NCBI GenBank assembly: GCA_938003985.1 | Contig: CALKWZ010000073.1 | Coordinates: forward strand, 6,295-70,294 | Direction: 5' to 3' | DNA from: an uncultured Verrucomicrobiota bacterium | Lineage (GTDB): Bacteria; Verrucomicrobiota; Kiritimatiellia; CAIQIC01; Lenti-01 | Length of the DNA: 64,000 nt | Translations under genes and position numbers: made by a program | Shown here: positions 58,789 through 64,000 of the stretch, piece after piece | How the letters are laid out: the number at the start of each line of letters is the position of its first letter | Numbering within the stretch: position 1 is the stretch's first letter | Notes under the pieces: model-generated | What the model was told of the DNA's origin: nothing | The model's database searches: none | Seen by the model: only the letters and a program-made list of their open reading frames with translations

Positions 58789-60294
58789 CTATTTCTTCTT
58801 CTCGAACACGACCTTCTTGTAGCGCAGGTCGTAGGCCGTGGGGAATTTCGTCGCGGCGGGGATTTCGTACAGCGGCCGATAGGCCTGCTCCAAACGCTCG
58901 TAGAGGGCGTACGAATTGTCTTCCAGCGGAATGTCGATGATCACGATGTCCCACGGATCTCGCGCCAGGAAGTTGCGCCGCTCCTGCGAGAGCATGTTGC
59001 GATCGAACCGCTTCTTGTTCCAGGAATCCTCGCCGGCTTGCGGCCAGGCTTTCTGGCCGGCCAGGAAACTCATGAAGCCCCGGTTGACCAGATAGCTGCT
59101 CTTGCCCGGCGTGGAAAGGATGCCCATGAGTTGCCGGTAACGGCCGACGTCTTCGTCGTTGATGAAATGCGGCCGCGGATCGTCGATCAGCGCGAGACCT
59201 TGCAGCGCGACGAGGGCGCCCAACACCGGCGCCGCCAGGCGGCCGTCGCGGAAAAAGCGATGGGCGTAGCCCAAGCCGACGACCAGCATGGCCATGTAGA
59301 AAAACCACATTTGCGACGAACCGGAACCGTATTTGCCGTTCGCGAAGCCGCCGGCGACGGCGGCCGCGCCCAACAGCAGCAGTTCCGGCCGGAACAGTCC
59401 TTTCCACGACCGCTCGTAGGCCAGCAGGCCCGCGGCGATGAACGCCACCGAGACCGCGTATTTCCGCGTCAGGATTTCGGTGAAGACCACCGTCCAGAGG
59501 CGCGACCAGATGATCGGCTGGTTCCGGTTCATTTCGAACACCCAATACAGGAATTGGGCATCCGCCCGGCTCTCGAAATAGACGATGCCCGCCAAGGTCA
59601 AAACGGCGAGGCCGGCGCCCAGCGCCGCCCCCTTGCGCCAGTCCTTCGCCAGCACGTAGACCGTGCCGGCCACCATGTAGGCCAGGCCGAGCTGCTTGCT
59701 CCAGAACGACGCGAAGAGCGCCAAGCCCGCCAGCACCACCGTCTTCCAGGACAGTTGCGGATCGCGCAGGAACAGGTAGAGCGCGAGAATGGAAAACGTC
59801 GCATGGACCGTATTGGGCCCGACGTCCACGAACCATTTCACCTCCAACCCGGCGGCCAGCGCCGCGGCGATGAATCCGAGAAACCGGCTGCCCGTCAGCC
59901 GGAATGCGCACCCGCCGACCAGCGCCATGCCGGCCAAGCCGAACAGACTGGCGACCATTCGCACCGCACGGATGTCCGGACCGAACAACCGAATGGTCCA
60001 ACCGAAAATCTGCGACGCCAGCGGCGTGTAGCCGTCCGTCACGTGCTCCACGTCGCCGCGGGGATAATAGCTGTGCCCGCCTTGCGAAAACTGATGGAAG
60101 TAGTGCATGTGCCAGGCGTCCGAGCCCGCCACGATCTCGGAATGGCGCACGTGGTTGGCCATCAGCGTCAACGCGATCGCCAGATGGATCGAAACGATCG
60201 CGCCCACCACCCACGCCCAGCCGCGGCTCCAGCCGGGCGCGGCGGCAACGGCCGCGGACGCGGGTTCCAAGTTCTTGACGGTACTGGATTTCAT
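58789..60294 (-). CDS. Polytopic membrane protein, putative GT-C type glycosyltransferase
   Basis: Start MKSSTVKNLEP at 60294 with AGGAG SD. More than 10 hydrophobic segments. Context next to a GT2 gene. Confidence 0.55.
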   Translation of the reverse strand: MKSSTVKNLEPASAAVAAAPGWSRGWAWVVGAIVSIHLAIALTLMANHVRHSEIVAGSDAWHMHYFHQFSQGGHSYYPRGDVEHVTDGYTPLASQIFGWTIRLFGPDIRAVRMVASLFGLAGMALVGGCAFRLTGSRFLGFIAAALAAGLEVKWFVDVGPNTVHATFSILALYLFLRDPQLSWKTVVLAGLALFASFWSKQLGLAYMVAGTVYVLAKDWRKGAALGAGLAVLTLAGIVYFESRADAQFLYWVFEMNRNQPIIWSRLWTVVFTEILTRKYAVSVAFIAAGLLAYERSWKGLFRPELLLLGAAAVAGGFANGKYGSGSSQMWFFYMAMLVVGLGYAHRFFRDGRLAAPVLGALVALQGLALIDDPRPHFINDEDVGRYRQLMGILSTPGKSSYLVNRGFMSFLAGQKAWPQAGEDSWNKKRFDRNMLSQERRNFLARDPWDIVIIDIPLEDNSYALYERLEQAYRPLYEIPAATKFPTAYDLRYKKVVFEKKK

Positions 60295-60457
60295 GCTTGC
60301 TCCTGCCGACAATGCCATCTGCTCCAAGGTCTGGATTTCTCGCGGAGTTGGCAAGCCCTTTTCCGCGGGAGACCGGGGTTCCGCGCGGATTTCGCTTCCC
60401 CCGCGCCGGCCGGCCCGCTACAGTTCGGGCCCATTCGTTCGACAGGAGAACCAGATC

Positions 60458-61780
60458 ATGGCAGGCATTTTCAAGGCATACGACATCCGCGGCATCTACG
60501 GCGAAACCCTCACCGACGACCTGGCCTTCAAGATCGGGCGGGCCATCTTCGCGTTCCTCGGCTGCAAGAAGGTCGTCGTCGGCCGCGACATGCGCCCCCA
60601 TTCGAAGCCGTTGTTCGAGGCCTTGGCCCGGGGTCTGGCCCTGCACGGGGCCGACGTCGTGGACCTCGGCATGTGCTCCACGCCCATGTCCTACTACGCC
60701 AACAAGGTGCTGGGCGCCGACGCGTCGGTCATGATCACGGCTTCGCACAATCCCGGCCCTTGGAACGGCTTCAAGATCTGCCGCGCGAACGCCATCCCGC
60801 TGTCCGGCGCCACCGGCATCCTGGACATCGAGCGCATCGTCCAAACCGAAGATTTCGCGCCCGAAGCCCCGGCGAAGGGCAAAATCTACGCTTTCGACGT
60901 CCTGCCGGAATACGCCGAGCACTTCCGCGCCTTCGCCGACGTCCGCCGGCCGCTGCGCGTGCTCGTGGATTACGCCAACGCCATGGGCATTCTCGAGGCC
61001 AAGACCTTCGACGGCTTGTTCGAGATCACCCCTCTCTTCGACGAACTCGACGGCACGTTCCCGAACCACGAGGCCAATCCGCTGGACACCCATACCCTCG
61101 CGGCCGCCCAAAAGGCCGTCCGCGCCGGGAAGTACGATTTCGCGGCCTGCTTCGACGGCGACGCCGATCGCGTCGGATTCCTCGACGAGAAGGGCGACAT
61201 CATTCCGATGGACATGATCACCGCCCTGATCGCCAAGACGATCCTCGCGCGGAATCCGGGCGCCAACATTTTCTACGATCTGCGCTCGTCGTGGGCGGTC
61301 AAGGAGGTCATCCTCGAAAACGGCGGCGTGCCCAACCGCAGCCGCGTGGGCCATGCGTTCATCAAGGCGCAGATGCGCGAAAAAGACGCCCTGTTCGCCG
61401 GCGAACTGTCCGGGCACTACTATTTCAAGGAAAACTCCTTCGCGGAGTCGTCCGCCCTGGCCGTGCTGCTCATCGCGAACCTCGTGTCGCAGTCGGACCA
61501 GCCCTTGTCGCAGCTCATCGCGCCCATCCAGCGCTATTTCGCCAGCGGCGAGATCAATTCCACCGTGGCCGACGCCCCCGCCGTCCTCGCCAAGCTGCGC
61601 GCGAAATACGCGGACGCCGACGTCCTCGAACTCGACGGGCTCAGCTTCGAATACCCCACCTGGTGGTTCAACGTCCGCTGTTCCAACACCGAGCCGCTCG
61701 TCCGCCTCAATCTCGAAGCCAAGACGAAGGCCGAAATGGAAGCCCGGCGCGACGAAGTGCTCGCGCGGATCCGGGGCTGA
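60458..61780 (+). CDS. manB: Phosphomannomutase/phosphoglucomutase
   Basis: TASHNP, DGDADR, GELSGH. AGGAG SD. Confidence 0.9.
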   Translation: MAGIFKAYDIRGIYGETLTDDLAFKIGRAIFAFLGCKKVVVGRDMRPHSKPLFEALARGLALHGADVVDLGMCSTPMSYYANKVLGADASVMITASHNPGPWNGFKICRANAIPLSGATGILDIERIVQTEDFAPEAPAKGKIYAFDVLPEYAEHFRAFADVRRPLRVLVDYANAMGILEAKTFDGLFEITPLFDELDGTFPNHEANPLDTHTLAAAQKAVRAGKYDFAACFDGDADRVGFLDEKGDIIPMDMITALIAKTILARNPGANIFYDLRSSWAVKEVILENGGVPNRSRVGHAFIKAQMREKDALFAGELSGHYYFKENSFAESSALAVLLIANLVSQSDQPLSQLIAPIQRYFASGEINSTVADAPAVLAKLRAKYADADVLELDGLSFEYPTWWFNVRCSNTEPLVRLNLEAKTKAEMEARRDEVLARIRG

Positions 61781-62665
61781 TCAGACCGCGCCCCAAAACC
61801 GGACTTCCGGTTCCAGATCGAAACCGAATTTCTCCCGCACGGCGGCCGCCATGCGCCCGGCCAGCGCCGCCACGTCGCGCGCCGTCGCGCCGGGACCGGC
61901 GATGAGGATGTTGGCGTGCTTGGCGAACACGTAGGCGGCGCCCGCGCGCATGCCCTTGGCGCCCACCTGCTCCAGATATTTTCCCGCCGCGCGGCGGGGT
62001 TCGCCGGGATGCGCCGGCGGCAGGTTCTTGAAGAAGCTTCCGGCCGTCGGATCCGTGCGCCAATCGGGATGCTTCTCGCGGCGCAGGGCGAGAATTTCCT
62101 CCCGCTCCGCGCGAAGCTTCGCGCGGTCGCCCGCCTCCGTGCGGAACCAAGCCCGCACGACGACGGCGCCCAGTTGCGGCAGCGACGACGCGCGATAGGC
62201 GAAGTCCAAGGCGGAACGCGGCAGTTGACGCGATTCGCCCGCGCGCGTCAGGATTTCCACGCGGTCCAAGACGTCGCCCAGTTGACGGCCGAAAGCCCCC
62301 GCATTGCCGCACAGACCCCCGCCGACCGTGCCCGGAATGCCGGATGCGAAACCCACCCCGCCCCGGCCGGTCGCCGCGGCGAATTCGGCCAGCGCGTCCA
62401 GCGGCGCCGCGGCGGACGTTTCGAGCGTGCCGTCGGCCGCCAGACGGCAATCCGGAGACTCCGCGGCGATCCGCAGCACGCATTCGGGAATTCCCGCGTC
62501 GGCTACGAGCAGGTTCGAGCCGCCGCCCATGACGCGCCACGCCCGCCCGGCGGCGTTCCAGTCCCGGAGGGCGTCCGCCGCCGCGGCCGCATCGGCAACC
62601 GTGGCGAGTTCGCGGCAAGGGCCGCCGAGGCGGAAGGTCGTGAATTGGGACAGCCGGGTTTCCAT
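61781..62665 (-). CDS. murB: UDP-N-acetylenolpyruvoylglucosamine reductase
   Basis: FAD-binding and MurB C-terminal similarity (TFRLGGP, GGGSNLL). Confidence 0.85.
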   Translation of the reverse strand: METRLSQFTTFRLGGPCRELATVADAAAAADALRDWNAAGRAWRVMGGGSNLLVADAGIPECVLRIAAESPDCRLAADGTLETSAAAPLDALAEFAAATGRGGVGFASGIPGTVGGGLCGNAGAFGRQLGDVLDRVEILTRAGESRQLPRSALDFAYRASSLPQLGAVVVRAWFRTEAGDRAKLRAEREEILALRREKHPDWRTDPTAGSFFKNLPPAHPGEPRRAAGKYLEQVGAKGMRAGAAYVFAKHANILIAGPGATARDVAALAGRMAAAVREKFGFDLEPEVRFWGAV

Positions 62666-62708
62666 TGCTCGGGACGCATCCTACGGCCGCCGCCGGCCCG
62701 GCGCCAAG

Positions 62709-63098
62709 CTATTCGTCGTCGTCGAGCGGCAGTTGCGCTTCGTAGGCGTCCGCGTCGAGCAGCTCGTCGAGATCGGCCGGATCGGCGGGCTTGAGTTTGA
62801 ACAGCCAGCCCTTGCCGAAGGGATCCTGGTTGACCAGTTCCGGCTGTTCGAGCAGGGCATCGTTGACCGCGACGACGGTCCCGGCGACGGGCGCGAAGAC
62901 GTCGTTGGCGGCCTTGACCGATTCGACCACGGCGACTTCGTCTTCCGCCTCGACCTCTTCCCCCACTTCGGGCAGCTCGACGAACGTCAGTTCCGACATC
63001 TGTTCCTGGGCATAGTCGGTGATGCCCACGACCGCCTGGCCCCCCTCGAGGCGGACCCAGCAGTGGGCACGCGTGAATCGCATTTCGCTCGTCGACAT
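62709..63098 (-). CDS. gcvH: Glycine cleavage system H protein
   Basis: Start MSTSEMRFTRAHCW. Lipoyl-lysine motif ESVKAANDVFAPV. Confidence 0.85.
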   Translation of the reverse strand: MSTSEMRFTRAHCWVRLEGGQAVVGITDYAQEQMSELTFVELPEVGEEVEAEDEVAVVESVKAANDVFAPVAGTVVAVNDALLEQPELVNQDPFGKGWLFKLKPADPADLDELLDADAYEAQLPLDDDE

Positions 63099-63228
63099 AA
63101 ATCGGACCTCCACACCTGAAACGGCCCGCTTTGTACCGTCCGGCCCGCGGCGGATCAAGCCTTGATTTCGCCGGAACGGAAAAAAACGCGCCCGGCCGGG
63201 GCCGGGCGCGCGGGAACCGCCGCGGGGA

Positions 63229-64000
63229 CTACCCGCTGAGACCGCCGATGATCGATACCAGCGGCATGAACAGCGCGATGACGATCGTGCCGACGACCAG
63301 GGCCAGGAAGATGATCAGCAGGGGCTCGATGATCGACGTCATGGCGGCGACGGCGTTGTCCACGTCGTCGTCGTAGGAATCGGCGATCTTCATCAGCATG
63401 TCCGGCAGCGCGCCGGTTTCCTCGCCGACTTCCACCATGCTGACGACCATCGGCGGGAAGACCTTCGAGGAGGCGATCGGCGGCGCCATGTTTTCGCCTT
63501 CCTTGACGGCGTCGTGGATGGTCGTGACCGCCTTGGCGATGACCTCGTTGCCGACGGTTTCCTTGACGATGTTGAGCGCCTGCAGGACGGGCACGCCGGC
63601 GGACATCAGCGTGCCGAGGGTGCGGGTGAAGCGGGAGATCGAGTTCTTGCTGATCAGCGTGCCGAACACCGGCGCGTGCAGCTTGAACTGGTCGATGCCC
63701 AGGCGGCCCTTTTCGGTCTTGGCCAGCAGCTTGAGGACGACCACGATCACCACGAGGACGATCAGGACCAGCGGGAACCGGTTGACCATCGTATCGCTGG
63801 CGTTCATGACGAACTGGGTCAGCGCGGGCATGCCCTTGCCGCCCATCAGGTCGCCGAAGATGTCGGCGAACTTGGGCACGATGTAGGTCATCAGGAAGCC
63901 GAGGATGGACAGGGCCATGACGAGCACGACGATCGGATAGGTCATGGCGCTCTTGACCTTGCCCTTGATCTTTTCGGCCTTTTCCTGGAATTCGGCGAGG
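63229..64000 (-). CDS. pilC: Type II secretion / type IV pilus assembly platform protein (GspF/PilC), partial; N-terminus beyond the window end
   Basis: C-terminal GspF domain (PKFADIFGDL, ...LLIIFLALVVG). Confidence 0.8.
   Translation of the reverse strand, partial: LAEFQEKAEKIKGKVKSAMTYPIVVLVMALSILGFLMTYIVPKFADIFGDLMGGKGMPALTQFVMNASDTMVNRFPLVLIVLVVIVVVLKLLAKTEKGRLGIDQFKLHAPVFGTLISKNSISRFTRTLGTLMSAGVPVLQALNIVKETVGNEVIAKAVTTIHDAVKEGENMAPPIASSKVFPPMVVSMVEVGEETGALPDMLMKIADSYDDDVDNAVAAMTSIIEPLLIIFLALVVGTIVIALFMPLVSIIGGLSG

Overview
This is a 64-kb, high-GC (about 68-70%) bacterial chromosomal segment. Coding density is high, many genes overlap by the 4-bp ATGA stop/start motif, and many encoded proteins carry signal peptides. 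The overall style is reminiscent of PVC-type or other GC-rich Gram-negative genomes, but that taxonomic guess is weak.

Housekeeping genes are confidently recognisable:
- glxK (glycerate kinase), mgtE, ilvC, gltA, rpmB, an exbB-exbD-tonB cluster, tRNA-Arg(CCT), msrA, a pair of ABC exporters, lnt, split chrA, an NtrC-type two-component system, def, murB, gcvH and a partial pilC/gspF.
- prfB, with its programmed +1 frameshift site CUU UGA C intact.

The accessory content is more unusual:
- A 1.7-kb low-GC islet (about 45-50% GC) carries two small signal-peptide proteins bracketed by 64-bp direct repeats, preceded by a 570-bp repeat-rich noncoding leader.
- A divergent pair of giant genes: a 2531-aa secreted multi-enzyme protein (GH18 domain, BNR-type beta-propeller, Amidase_3-like domain, FN3, GATase1-like domain, about eight Ig-like repeats, TSP3 Ca-binding repeats) and a 1408-aa inverse-autotransporter-like protein with a parallel beta-helix passenger.
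- A third large secreted amidohydrolase shares both an N-terminal module and a C-terminal tail with the giant protein; the tail also occurs inside a C25/caspase-like peptidase candidate.
- Four tandem AT-rich palindromes (TTTTACGT-N3-ACGTAAAA, about 31-bp phasing) sit between the permease and ATPase genes of an ABC-2 transporter.
- Glycosylation modules (GT2 plus GT-C membrane glycosyltransferase, epimerase, phosphomannomutase) lie at both ends of the window.
- A nitroreductase gene is interrupted by a frameshift.

No CRISPR array, integrase, transposase or recognisable defence nuclease was seen.
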